A DNA stretch of 63,691 bases, the filler included, from Folioceros fuciformis (lineage: Eukaryota): assembly GCA_049999805.1 (NCBI GenBank). It is 11 parts of 11 records of this genome, joined end to end, with 100 filler letters (N's around TTAATTAATTAA, not from the genome) between each part and the next. Parts side by side here need not be neighbours in the genome. Positions count along the whole stretch, not along the records: positions 12,216 to 28,393 come from JBNGIO010001274.1; positions 28,494 to 35,904 come from JBNGIO010001275.1; positions 36,005 to 40,491 come from JBNGIO010001276.1; 8 more parts are not named here. One strand, 5' to 3'. The notes under the pieces were generated by a model that made no database searches, was not told where the DNA came from, and saw nothing but the letters and a program-made list of their open reading frames with translations. Below are positions 25,773-38,299 of the stretch, piece by piece (positions within the stretch are counted from its first letter, which is position 1; each line of letters opens with the position of its first letter). A program made the position numbers and the translations under genes.

Positions 25773-28393
25773 TTACAGTGGCAACTCCAGAGGAAGACTT
25801 GGCAATCTTTCAACTTCCGAAGGCAGGCATGGTAACCTCTTGATGTCCGCCCCCAGCAATCTGAGCTTCTCGTCAAGTTGCTCGTATCCCCTGTCGATAT
25901 GGCTCACCCCCTCGATGTGAGTGGTACCCTCCGCCGCCATGCCTGCCAGGACCAGAGCCGCGCCAGCACGCAGGTCGGTTGCTGATACTGGTGCGCCGTA
26001 AAGCGAGCTGATAACAGACAGCCATCAGTATTAAACGAACCGTCACAGATGCACAGGCTAAGTTGGAAGTCCTCAACTGCAGTCAACCATCCCTAAAAAC
26101 AAAGCACTCCAAGTTGCGACCATGGATTCAGCACATGCCTGCCCTGATCTTTGCCACTGATGGTGGCCACATTCCTGCTAACTCTCACTTTAGCTCCCAG
26201 CTTCTGTAACTCTTCCACTGCGACAGTCAATCACTCATGTCAGACCATAACCCGAAGACCTGACGAAAATTAAAAAGACGACGAAGCAAACGCTTCCAAA
26301 TTACTGTATGCTTACCATGCCGCATTCTGCTTTCGAACACAGTTTCTTCGACGACACTCTGGCCATTGCAGGTCGTCATCAAAGACATGAGCTGAGGCTG
26401 CAAATCTGTTGGGAAGCCTGGGTATGGATTTGTCTTTATATCACAACTTCTGAGGTGCTCCGCAGCACTGATCTGCACATCCCACCATATGGATAAAGCA
26501 TCAAATGCACAAACACAATCACACTCGCACTCCTGTCCCCGAAATACTCGTCTTACCCGCAAGCTGTCAGGAGTCATCTGCTGAATTCTGCACCCAGTAG
26601 CCCGCAGTTTCTCTACTACTGCTGCCAGATGATTTGGCACAACTGGGGACATGGAAATGGCGGAGCGAGTAATCGCAGCTGCAATCAGGAAAGTTCCTGC
26701 TTCAATGCGGTCTGGTATTATGGTGAAGTCTGTTGCATGAAGCTGCTTTACACCCTTGATATGGAGGGTATTCGTTCCTGCTCCATGGATAATGGCCCCA
26801 CAAGAAATCAAAAAATTTGCCAAATCAACAACCTCTGGCTCCTGGACGAAAATCGAAGAGTCAGACACGGAACGAATCAAAGTCAAAAAGTGGACACAGT
26901 TACAGATGGACAGCCACCAGAAAAGAAAAACTCACTTGTGCCACATTAGATAGAGTTGTTGCACCATCTGCTAAAGAGGCTGCCATCATCAGTGTCTCCG
27001 TTGCTCCGACACTTGGATAATCCAGATGGAAACTTCCACCTACTAGTCTTCTCCCTACAGATGCACGAGCATGTACCTTGCCTTGCCTGCAATAACACAG
27101 AAGACTCAGTTCCCAGGAAAATTGCTCACAATGAACACATTTTTATAGCCATCCGTGGTACAACAGCTCAATCCTCAACAGTAGAGAGGTCATCCAATCA
27201 ACAAATTACCTCAGAGGATGTCTCATTGCATACAGTCCATCCAGTACGAAACTTTATCGAAATTGTTAGTACCCTTCCTTAGACGACCGGCAAGTGGATG
27301 TTTCTAACCCTTAAGAACAACCCTTATTGATTCAAACGATGTCAAGCTTGACATGAAACCAGTGGTGACTGGACCATATGCTGGGACTAAGCACAGGTTC
27401 TAACCGCTCAAAAGCTCCAAGACAGCCCCGATGTATTTCAGAAAGCTGTGGACCATCCTGAAAGATCATGTTTCAGCAGCCCAAGTTGGGAAGCTGCTCA
27501 CCTTCGAGGTTTGCAGGTTTCCTCCTCACAGAGGACTGACAGGCTCCGAGAAATTGTCTAGGTTCTAGAAAGCTCCAGAATAATTCACGAAGATGGGCAC
27601 AATGATAAGCATGCCAGATCCTGCAGAGGCTGCAACCTGACAAATTGCATACATCCTGATTACAAACCCATGGAGACAAGATCCACTTAGAGAGGAGAAG
27701 AGCATTCACCCACCCAGAAGCATCCATCGAGCCTGTCAAATCCCAGCGATATTCCACTCAAACGTGTTCCCACCACTCATGTAGAGTCGAGAAGTACCTG
27801 ATTTCCACGTGCGCCCCAAGGGCTTCCAAGCCTCGCACATGCAGATCAATGGGGCGGGCACCGATGTTGCATCCACCTGGAAGGGGGACCACAGCTTCGC
27901 CCTGCCTTCCGACAAGCGCCCCAATGACAAAAAAGCTAGCACGTAGCTTTCTCACAGCCTCAGGGCAAGGCTGTACACTTGTCAATTGGCTGGCATCGAC
28001 AATGATACTGGAGCCCACTCTCCTCACCCTAGCACCTGTAGACTGCAGGACCTGAAACATCCTCCTGATGTCATGCAGATCCGGGATCATCCGTAGGCTC
28101 AAGGGCTCTTTACAGCACAGGGCACCTGCTAAAACCGCCAAAGCTGAGTTCTTGGCCCCGCTGATCTTCAGGTGCCCGGACAATGAGCTGCCCCCAGTAA
28201 TCTCAAAGCATTCTACAAGTACATTCGAGGCAGGGATGCCGACCAGCCCAGGGCTTTGTACCGGTAGCACAGAGCTCTGGCGGGCGGTTTGTTGAATATA
28301 GGAGGCCGAACCAGGCTTGCTCCTCGGCACATGACCTTGGGATGGCGGGCTGGCAGGGGTCGGAGGGGTAACAAAAACCTCCGATGCAACTCC
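25773..28393 (-). CDS. MurA: UDP-N-acetylglucosamine 1-carboxyvinyltransferase (nuclear-encoded, presumably plastid), intron-containing, 5' truncated
   Basis: [34 protein letters not shown] (active-site Cys), [58 protein letters not shown] and HIDRGYE. GT-AG introns. Stop TAA at 25775-25773. Confidence 0.97.
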
Positions 28394-28493
28394 NNNNNNN
28401 NNNNNNNNNNNNNNNNNNNNNNNNNNNNNNNNNNNNNTTAATTAATTAANNNNNNNNNNNNNNNNNNNNNNNNNNNNNNNNNNNNNNNNNNNN

Positions 28494-28685
28494 GCCCCCT
28501 CCGGCCTCTCCTCCCGCTCCAGCTACTCCAACTTCCCCCGCCTTGGCACGCTTCACAAACCCATTCTCCTGCGCCGTCCGCTTCCACCACGGCACCGCCC
28601 GTCCCGCCTCCGCCTCCTCCTCCTGCACCACCTGCATAAGCAGCGAGCTCGGGACGCTCACCACCTCCCGCGCCCGCTCCGCCAT
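28494..28685 (-). CDS. Open GC-rich reading frame running into the gap; possibly the N-terminal extension of MurA
   Basis: MAERAREVVSVPSSLLMQVV..VPWWKRTAQENGFV.. is on the same strand as, and directly upstream of, the truncated MurA. The linkage is inference. Confidence 0.35.
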
Positions 28686-29205
28686 GCCCTCCCACAGCAC
28701 TAGCTAGGCTGGCTAAGCCTCACCTCCCATCCTCCTCCTCTTCTTGCAGGCTCCCCGCTCCATGCAGTCTGGCCCCGCGTCCCGCCACGCACCCGCCAAC
28801 TGGGACAATGGACACACGGATCCGACCCCGCAGCGACCCGAGTGCGGGCATGCTCCCGTCACATCTGCACAGAATGCTGTTGAGGCGAGCGCGCAGCTGG
28901 TTGGCCCCCACTGACGACAAGAATCACGCACATACATATTATTATTCCCCTTTCCCGCTTCTTCCCGTTTCGCTCTCTTTAAGACCACCTGACGCATCGA
29001 GCAAGACGCTGGCTGGCGACTGCCAGCCGCTTACGTTTAGCAAGGGATTTCCATTTGACTTCAACCACAGTACATATCAACATGAGCGGGTCTTCCGGCG
29101 AGAGCGCGCGCGGGTCGAACCCGAGATCGGCGTTGTGCCACAACATCGCCTCAACCAGTACGACGCCCGGTTAGGAACAGCACATACCGAAGCGAGATTT
29201 TTTGG

Positions 29206-31850
29206 TCACATTACGGCTCTGGGTCGGAGCCATGCGCGGACGGACCACAGGACACGGAGCTCTCCAGCCAGGATGGCCAGGGCCATGGCGCCCCTCTTCG
29301 GGGCGATCCCAGGCTGCTCCGCTACGGCCGCTTGGGCGTGCTGCACATGAGACTGGTGTGGGTTCAGTTGTGGCATCACAGCCTACAGGCTGGGCAGTCG
29401 GTTGGGGCCTTGTCGGGATGCATACGGGCCGGGGAAAAGATAAGGAGAGAGGACCCACCTCCACAGCCTGAGTGTATGCCTTTAGCAGAGTGTCCACTAG
29501 AGTGAAGAGCGTCTCCATGGCACGGCCTTCACGATTGTCCTTGAAAGGTAGCTGTCCTAGCTTCCGCTTCCGTCGCTTCACATCGTCCGCCATGGCAGAT
29601 AGCTCTGGACACGTGCGGCAGGTTGGTGTGACTCAAGGTTAGGGGTGGAGGAAGGGGCGAGGCGAGGCGATGGGATAGGGGTGCAAGACCTTCTGAGGTT
29701 GTGCAGGCCATGACTCGGGCGAATGAGCGGAGGCCAAGAGGGAGGCCCTTGCCCATTCCTGCTGGAGACTGTACTTCCCTGCAGCATAGCATGGTGGGGT
29801 GGTGTGGGGTGAGGTGACGTGAGACGTACCACTGACAGGGATGGAGGGTCAGGAGGAGAGACGGAAGACTGCGGGTTCGGGGATGTGCAGCGTCACCTCA
29901 GTCTGAACCAATTTCCGCCACTTTCGGCGTCGTTTAGGAGCAAATGGGTCTTGATTCCGTGCTGATGGAGTAACTGCAGCTTTGGGTCCCAGAGAGGGTC
30001 ATCGGGAGAGAGCTGAATCCAAAGCTCGACCTGGCATTCACAATCACATACCAGATGGTGAGTGTGCTTTCGTGTGGATTGCAGAAAGGTGGCGGGACAA
30101 CCTACCTCATCATGGGAGTTGTGAGGAAGAGTGAAGCCGAATCCTAACGCAAGGTCGGCATTTCGCATCCGGCCGTAAGTGAGGTGCATCTGAAGATGAA
30201 ACACGTTGGTGAGAATATGCTGGCTAAAAGAAGATGCTTTCGACGAGAACGTCAGGTGCTGAACGTTCTAGTCTTGAGACAAGAAAGGGTAGTGCACCTG
30301 AGAACCTGCGGGGTAGTCTTGTTCTGCAATGACCTGGACGTGCACACGGCATTCATACTCCACACTTTCCACACATGTTGCTCTTTATGAGTCCACGAAA
30401 AAGAACGGATGATCTAGTCAATACCTCAGCGCATTTGCCGTCTTCCACAAACAGCAGTGGGGTCCGGCACTCAGCAGAATGGTTGAAGAAGTCTGCAAAA
30501 GGGATCTGTTACAAGAGCCCGGCCCAGTCCGCATTTATCACCTGGTCATGCAAGTCAGCACTTTCCACAACAGGGAATCCGAGTCAGGGACCCATCTCAC
30601 CATGGCTAGGCTGCCTAGTGCCTCCATTCCCCACGATCGAGACAGTGCTGCATGCAACGACGCGAAGCATTTCATCAACACCTTTAATCAGAGAATTGGT
30701 TGCCAGTAGCAGAATCATAGTTCCTGCCCTGCATCTGGGGAGATGTCACTACCTAATGCGTAAGCATAGCTGTATGACTCCGCATCAAGATCTTTTCCAA
30801 ACAGATCTGGAAACGTCTCAAAAATCTGCACTTGACACACGACTTGAGCTGATGATATTCAACGCAAGACAGCGTTGAACACAACTCCTCCAGATCACTC
30901 ACCGATGTCAAAGAAGCAAATTCCTCTGCTATTCGAGCCTTCCGATACATAGTTTCGGTGTACACAGGACTGAGCTCGACAAGCCGTAACTCATCGTCCG
31001 TCCAGAAAATCTGATCCCAGACAAACATCATGTCAGTCAAGGACGAACACCTCCAAAGATGTCCCAATCCACCCACCACGATTATCTTCATGGATGTGCT
31101 TACCGTGCTCTGCAGCTCCTTTTTCGTAGGCAAGCACTGGATGTAGGGAGCCCAAGGAGAAGCCTGCAAGAGAAATGCAATGTCGTCCATACCCGTGCAA
31201 ATACCCCTTCCAGGTGCCGCTCTGAGAGAAACAAAGTTCCTAAAGATTCACCTCTCCAGCATGCTGCTGAATGAGGATGAAGAGGGCAAGCATTCCATGC
31301 TCACTGATTTCTTTTGGCAACACTTGAATGATGCTCTGAGGTAGTCTCTTGGGAGTAATGATCAAGTCCCGTGACACGCGGAGCACGACCTCGCCCACCT
31401 TCACAGGCCTCGAGGTGAAAAGAGCTCTGATTTGAATCGAAAAGATCGGGGTGATCATGTTCACACTACTTGCAGCAAGCACAAAGCTGCGCAACCCAGA
31501 ATCTGAATAAAATGCCAAACCTGCCTTCCGCTGCGACACCGGCTTCCAGTGCGAGGGTCGCTTCATGTTCTCCACGCTGCTTCAGCCATGATGTAAGAGA
31601 CGCAAGCTCCGAGCTCCACGTGCTGGCAACCTGCGCAGGCCGAGAAGTGAGCAACTCTTGCATGGCAACGCAGCCGAGGACAGGAGGAATGCTGAACCTT
31701 GATGGCGGTTTGCTGGGAGTCGGGGGCGGCTCTTCGGATTTTGAGCAACCTCGGTGGGATCCGTGGAGACCAGCGGATCGGAAGCGTCCCGGACAGAGTG
31801 GCGTTCGACCTGTGTTGCAGGCACGCATTCCCCGAACTATGCATCCCCAT
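29206..31850 (-). CDS. SET-domain protein of the Rubisco LSMT-like class, multi-exon, probable organellar transit peptide
   Basis: RALFTSRPVKVGEVVLRV, SPWAPYIQCLP, IFWTDDEL, PFADFFNH, LTYGRMRNADLALGFGFTL, GKGLPLGLRSFARV, and a C-terminal LAGELRVLWSVRAWL. Start codon uncertain. Confidence 0.88.
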
Positions 31851-32193
31851 CTGCACAGCACTCGTTGCAAGCGACGAGACCCTGCTAAAACCCACAACCC
31901 ACAGGCGTTCCGTTGGGCCAGAAACGGAGCGCCCGATCAACGTCCTCCAGAATCTTTAACCGAATGAAGGCACAACCGTCGTGGTCCGGTCTTCAACATG
32001 CCCTCATCACCTACTGGGTGTGGGTTGTGGAACCCTGCCTCCATGTGGATGCTACGACTCTGTGGCCCATAAGGTGGAGCTTGGATGCCGCTACGTCGTT
32101 GGAGTACAGTCGGAGGAGGAGGAGAAGACGGGAAAATGGATTTGATTGTGGGTTGGAGGAGGTAGTGGGTGAAGGTGGTGCACTGGATGTCCA

Positions 32194-34693
32194 ATGTTTG
32201 GGCCGCTGAGTGACCTTCGACAATGGCTCAACCACGGCCAGGAGCTGAACCAAGGTGGTGTTCCAGCAGTCGGACAGGACACAGCGGGAAAGAGCAACAA
32301 GAGCAAGGAGGCGAGACAGGTGCAGGACAGCAGGGCCAAGAAGGGAGCAGCGCCTGACCCGGGCCCCGTGCCTGTCCTTGTTCCTGCCCTTGCTCCTTCT
32401 CCTCCTCCTGTGCCGTCGCCAGTTGCAGATAAGCCAGCTTCATCCTCTTGCAAAAGGAGCTGTCCTCATTACCATGGCAATGCACCACCTCCTAAACCTC
32501 GGGGAAAAGCAGTCTGTCGCACCATACACGAGATTACAGAAGAGGCCGATGTACCCAGACAGCATGTTCGATGTCAAGATCCGGACTGCCCTGCTAAGGA
32601 TTCCTACTGCAAGATTTGCTGCCCTAGCTTCTCGTGCACTCACACCAACGAGCTTCCCAGGCCTACCATCCCGTCTGCCAGGCCACGCAGCCCCAAGAAG
32701 CTCGGCACCGATGTGATTGCCACTTCCCTCCACGATCATTTGTACAAGGGGAAAGGCAAGGCCGTACTGGACCCGGACACACGCAGAAACATAACTAGCC
32801 TGCTGTCGCTGCAGAGTGGAGGAGCCGACAATGCATCCACAGTGTCCAGGCACGCTGCCCAAGCACCTATTCCTCAGGCCCCCACACCAAGAAGCAAGGC
32901 TGTGGCATTTACAGAACCCCACCCCTCCGGATCCAGCACCGACATTGGCCATCCACATGAAGCACATGCAGAACCCAGCTACAACACATTCGGAGGAGAT
33001 CCGGAGAGGGGAGATGGATACGACGCAGACGACGATGCCGAGCAGCAAGAAGATGGGCTACACCTGGACGTGCCTCTCAAGACGGTCATCAAGCTGGCCA
33101 TAGCCTTCTTCTTCATCTACTCTGCTATGAACTCTCTATCCGAGTACGTGACCTCTCTGCTTCCAAGCACACTGGGAGACGAGTCACTCTTCATGATCCA
33201 GACTGTGCTGTGTGCCTCCTCCTTGGCTGCTCCGCGGATCGTGACCAATGTGGGGGAGCTGCGGGCTATGGTGCTGGGTGGACTCACTCATGTGGTCTAC
33301 CTGCTAGTCCTCATGTACCCATCAAGGATTTTCGTGTTGGTGTCCAGTGGCTTCTGTGGCTTCGGAGCGAGCCTGGTGTGGGTGGCTCAAGGAGCATTCC
33401 TCACGAAATGCTCTCCTCCAAGCAGAAGGGGCCTCTTTGCAGGGGTGTTTTGGGGCATTTACTACTTCGCTGACATCGTCGGCAACCTGGTCGCATACCT
33501 CGTGTTCAGGTAACAGTTATGGAAGCCATGGGGCTGCCAGATGCCGTCAGTTTTGTGTCTCCCTCGTATGCAGAGTCTGCATTGCAGACCATCCAGACAA
33601 GATGGCGAGTGTACTCAACTCCTTTTACAGGTTTTCCTCGCAGATTGCGTTGTTTGGAATTGGGGCAACTTCTGCCTTTGTAGGTGTCCTCTTGTTATTT
33701 CTTATGGACGAGCAACATCAAATGATTATCCACAGATCACAACATCCATTGTATCAAAGTCTCCGAGGCTCCGATCGCCGTAATGTCAGAAGATCTGCTC
33801 CCAGGTCGATTGCTCATGTCACAACAGAAGTACTCTTGGAGGTATATGTCCTTACATGGATTGATTTTCAGCAGCTATGAAAAGAGATGACTTCACAAGC
33901 ATCCATTCCAAATCTTTGGCTCACTCCCATTTCAGGCACAAAGAACTTACGAAAGATGGCTTTCCATAATTATTTTTGTATTTCTTACTCCCATGACAAT
34001 ATATGTGGGATTTGAATCTGCATTCTGGACGGGAGAGTTCACTAAGCTCCTACCTACTACTACTATTGGCCTTGTTCTTCTTTGCACAGGTGTTGGGCAG
34101 GTATCTTTCCTTCTCTTCTCTACAATTTTGGGTTCATTTATGCTACATTTTTTCACCTAATATCAACCCATTGTATTGTTATCTTGCAGGTTTTAGGTGC
34201 CTTTCTATTGAGTTGGTTATCTGATCACTTCCAGTACAGCAGTCCTACCTTCTGCATAGGTGCTGCATGTAGTGTTGGAGGTTTACTCATATGCATTCCC
34301 TTGGAAAAAACAATGGAGCAAAAAATTCCATTTCCTGGACCAAAATTACTGGACACTCCTTTGATTGCTTACATAGGAGGCTTCCTCTTTGGGATTGCTG
34401 ATGGAGTGTTAACTAGCCACATGTTTGCTATCATCGGAAGGCTCTTTCCTACCGGCAAGGAACCCGAAATATGGGCTCTATTCAACTTACTAGGAAACGG
34501 AGGAGCTGCCATAACTTACTGGCTAGGGATAGTATACCCATTATCTCAAAAAGGAGGGTTCTCCAAGCAGATTCTTGCACAAGTTGTTGTATTATGTATT
34601 GGCACACCACTGTATATTATCATAGACATTGGAGCTGCATACTTCATTCCCATTGGAAGAAGAGTCAGAACTCGTGCTATCACTCTAGCATAG
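32194..34693 (+). CDS. UNC-93/MFSD11-like MFS membrane protein with ~290-aa soluble N-terminal extension
   Basis: AFFFIYSAMNSL, SLAAPRIV..G, GFGASLVWVAQGAFLT, GLFAGVFWGIY, YVGFESAFWTGEF and GFLFGIADG; multiple TM helices; 4 exons. Confidence 0.85.
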
Positions 34694-34954
34694 AATTCAA
34701 AAAGTTTAGCATGGAGATGTGTAAGTACTATGAAATCAAATTTGTCATCTCCATTCTCATGTAAAGTCTCTCACTACACATTTGTAAAGTAACCATTCTT
34801 CAAGTCCAACACTTCCTCAAATAAAGCCAAGAAAGCATTGTCCAACTCCATAAGCCACTAAATTGATCTTTGACCATCTAAACAAGTGTCTTGAAATGCA
34901 ACTTCCTTCATTACCCAACAACAAAGCAAGTGTCTTGAAAAGCAGCTTCCTCCA

Positions 34955-35064
34955 TTACACTACAGCAAAACTCATCTTATACTACAGCAAAACTCATCTT
35001 ACACTACAGCAAAACTCATCTGACACCCATCTCACACTACAGCAAAACTCATCTGACACCCATC
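34955..35064. repeat. 22/33-bp tandem repeat (TACACTACAGCAAAACTCATC)
   Basis: Four copies are visible, and the last overlaps the 3' end of the minus-strand ORF. Confidence 0.9.
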
Positions 35065-35469
35065 TCTGCTCATCGTTACAATAACTGATAAGCTACAAAC
35101 ATTATCAAGCCAATCTAAGTAACATGCTTTCAGACATCTCCGACAACCTTCTCTGTCTACTTTATCTCTAAAACAATCAGCAGCCACACTAATATCTACA
35201 TGAGAAAAAAAATTCCCTGTTAACCAAACCTTGCTTCGATAAGGAAGATTGTTAGCAACGAATGCATAATCGATATCATCATCAAGTTGAGGCAAATATA
35301 ACTCAGCGAATTTTGCATATTCTGCGTTTCTATCTTTTAAAACACAACCAATTGCTGTTGGATCCCGGCTAGCCACATTTTGTGAATAAATGAATATAAA
35401 ATATAAAACTAAAAATAGAAAATGAAAAGAAATCTTCATAATGTAATTCAGAAAATGAATAGAAATCAT
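35032..35469 (-). CDS. Small secreted cysteine-rich protein, single Gnk2/DUF26-like domain
   Basis: Signal-peptide-like N-terminus, N-proximal Cys, ADCFRDKVDREGCRRC (C-x9-C-x2-C), then VC..DGCQMSF resembling the Gnk2 C..C-x-x-R-Y tail. Intronless and AT-rich. Confidence 0.65.
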   Translation of the reverse strand: MISIHFLNYIMKISFHFLFLVLYFIFIYSQNVASRDPTAIGCVLKDRNAEYAKFAELYLPQLDDDIDYAFVANNLPYRSKVWLTGNFFSHVDISVAADCFRDKVDREGCRRCLKACYLDWLDNVCSLSVIVTMSRDGCQMSFAVV

Positions 35470-37279
35470 AATATTTTAAAGCAATTGTGAACTAAGTGTT
35501 TTATACTCGCCAGGAAACTTATGTGATTATATATGTGTTTGAAGAATTCAATTTTTTATTGTTTAGGGTTTATAAAATAATTTAAAATTATAGAATCTTT
35601 ACTTGATAATTAGTATTTAGAGTATTACTTCTATATGATTATTTATTATTTCAATCATAGATATGCAAAGAGTTGCCTTATATTAATATATGAGATATTA
35701 TTGGGATGTTTAATATCGAAAGAGTTTCTAACACTTTATATAGGTGTATTCGTATTTATTCTAAAGGAATAAATTGTACGATCCACATATTCCAAATGCG
35801 GCCGGTGGTGGAGAGAAAGAAAAGGGCACCGAGAAAAGAGGTGTGAAGATATGCGGAGGGAAATGCGAATAAGGTGGTACAACAATTCCTGATACTTGAG
35901 GGTTNNNNNNNNNNNNNNNNNNNNNNNNNNNNNNNNNNNNNNNNNNNNTTAATTAATTAANNNNNNNNNNNNNNNNNNNNNNNNNNNNNNNNNNNNNNNN
36001 NNNNTTGAATGATTTTTTTGTTTGGGTGTGTGTTTTGAGTGATAAAGTGTTCAAGTACTGCCAAGGCAAGGCCTTTTATACTAAAAGTGTCCTTGGCCTA
36101 TGGTAATACCACTCCTTAGCATTTGGTTTGTTTTTCCTTTTGCAAATAATTAGTTCTTGGGCCATGAATTGCGAATGTAAGGCCAGGCTAGAAGGCCCTT
36201 GGGCCTTAGGATTTTTAGAATAGAAATTGTCTATGTAAGGAGGGGGGGTCATTCATTAGCAATAGTTGTGCAGAGTAGCAGGCAGGTGGCCCATTCCACA
36301 ACCGTGGTTGAATAGGGAATGTACAAGCCCAAGCCAGGGAAAGTGGAGATTCGGCAATTGGGTGTGACCGTTGTGGTAGTTGGGAGGAGTAGCATGCGCT
36401 GCCATGCTGAAGAATTTCAGGCGCAAGTGTATAAGCGGGTGAGGGATGAGGCTAGGGCCAGGGTGAAGAGAGAAACATGCAGGCCGAAGAGGGTTAGGGG
36501 ATTAGTAACTGCGGTGGCTCTAGCCACATGAGCCGTAGCCTACATGTAGTTGGAGCTGCCGTCATGGAACCAGCTACAGAGAGAAACATGTAGTTTCTAC
36601 GATGAGTTTCGTGAAACTCTTGTGAGCCGTCCAACTATTATTTTGCCCTTTCTCAACCCGCTGCCTACCTAGATCGTGTTGAGGAGTCTGTGTGGCTTAA
36701 GGAGGAGTATTGAGTGGAGATTGAGAGTGTGAGAAGTGTGTATGATTGAGATTGAGAAGTGCAGAGAAAGATTGCTGATAGATTGAGTGGTGAAATCAGT
36801 AAGAATCGGAGATGCAAAGAGGCGCTGCAGTGTGGCTGGCCCTAATCTGCATCTACCAATGAGATATGGTTGTAGAATAACGAAAGAATGGCTGGGTGTG
36901 CATAAGAATTAGCCTGCTCATGCTGTAGCTCCCTCACGGGCGCGGCCAGAAACCCCATGTCCTCCAGGTGCCGCAACGTGCACGTGCGCCGAACGGGTGG
37001 GTCCCACCATGGTAACAGAATCCACTACCATGGTGGCTGAATCCACTACCACGGTTGCAGAACTCCCTACGATGGCAAAGTTAGGGACGAAGCTGGTAAA
37101 CTCAAGTATGGTGGTGGAGTACATCTGGATAGGAACTGACAATGGATAGTCTAGAAGTCATAAATTTAGAACAACTTGACACGAACCATTCCCTTGGGAT
37201 GGAATCCTAGGACTATAACGACATAGAGGGTGAATGTGGGCCTCATTATGTCCTCGGACACACAATTTCACTCCACACT

Positions 37280-37685
37280 AGCTAACAAGAAAAGTAGTTG
37301 GGGGAAAGGCCTCCATGGCCAAAAGGCCAACCCCTCCAAAGGCGACAGGCAAGGAAGCTTGCTTTTGAGCCAAATCACCGACGGCACACTCAAATGTGTC
37401 GGGACATATGATGTCCCCAAGAGCCTACATAACTTGATTGCCTAACTTCTTGAGACTTTCCATGATACAAGCCAAATCTTCATCCAACGCTACATCCACA
37501 ACCCTATGAATAAAGTTAGGAGGTCCCATAGGAACACCCAAGACTCGAAGTCCCTGCGAAGCGGTGATATCTCCCCTGGATATTGAAGGGGGAGGGGGGA
37601 GTGATGCCTGAAGGGGACCAAATCCTATATTTAGACAACTTAGCCCTGAACCCCACCTTGGAGAGCTCTGACGAAAAGAAATCAA
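37280..37685 (-). mobile_element. Second fragment of the CRE-like non-LTR family
   Basis: GLRVLGVPMGPPNFI..ALDEDL and FECAVGDLAQKQASLPVAFGGVGLLAMEA match the 814-1572 ORF (GVLVGSPDFI..LAEDL; FDCIAGDFAKRQASLLIASGGIGLLAIEA). Confidence 0.8.
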
Positions 37686-37719
37686 ATGTTGCTTTGACTA
37701 TGCATCCTTGCTCAAGAAT

Positions 37720-38036
37720 ATGGTTAACATAAGGCCAATCAAGGTATATGAAGGATCCCTAGAGGAGCCACATGGTGAAGGAGGAGAAGAGGAAGCAAGG
37801 AGGAGAGGAGAGAGAGAGGTCACACTCTCACAATGTCTCAATTGCAAGGGAGCTCAAGGGGTTATTTATACCCTCTAGAAGAGCTCCCAAGAAAGCTTCA
37901 CAAGAAGCGCACAGGAAGCTGCGTAAGAAGCTTCCTACTTATTAGCTTAAGCTAATCTAAACAAACGATACTTAAATAGACACTAATCTTAGACTAAACA
38001 CATTAGTCTAAGCACATTGGGCTTTAATAACCCTAC
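37720..38036 (-). mobile_element. LTR fragment, same family as 56580-57053
   Basis: 37930-38036 is the reverse-complement homolog of 56819-57000 (TAGGGTTATTAAAG..CAATGTGCTTAGACTAATGTG..TTAGATTAGCTTAAGCTAAT). There is a minus-strand TATAAATA. Confidence 0.75.
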
Positions 38037-38299
38037 ATCCTCGAAGATGCCGAGGTGACGTTTGGATCGCGATCACACTTCTGAAATCAAACCACAAATT
38101 AGGCTGATTTTTTTCATCAATTTACAAAGCAACGCCCACTTACTTTGCGATTCCCTTCCTTGCAAAGTGATATGCATAGAGGGAATGATCAGTTACATAT
38201 TAGGAACTTTTCAAAAGGATTCGGCACCAAGCAGCAAACTCAATTATTTGAGCATCACTACAATTTGCACACAAGATAGGATATTACCTTGAGAGTTTT

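Noticed and set aside
25773..28393. MurA as bacterial contamination or recent HGT
   Set aside because: It has multiple GT-AG introns and an N-terminal extension, sits among plant genes, and nuclear Mur genes are known in non-seed plants.
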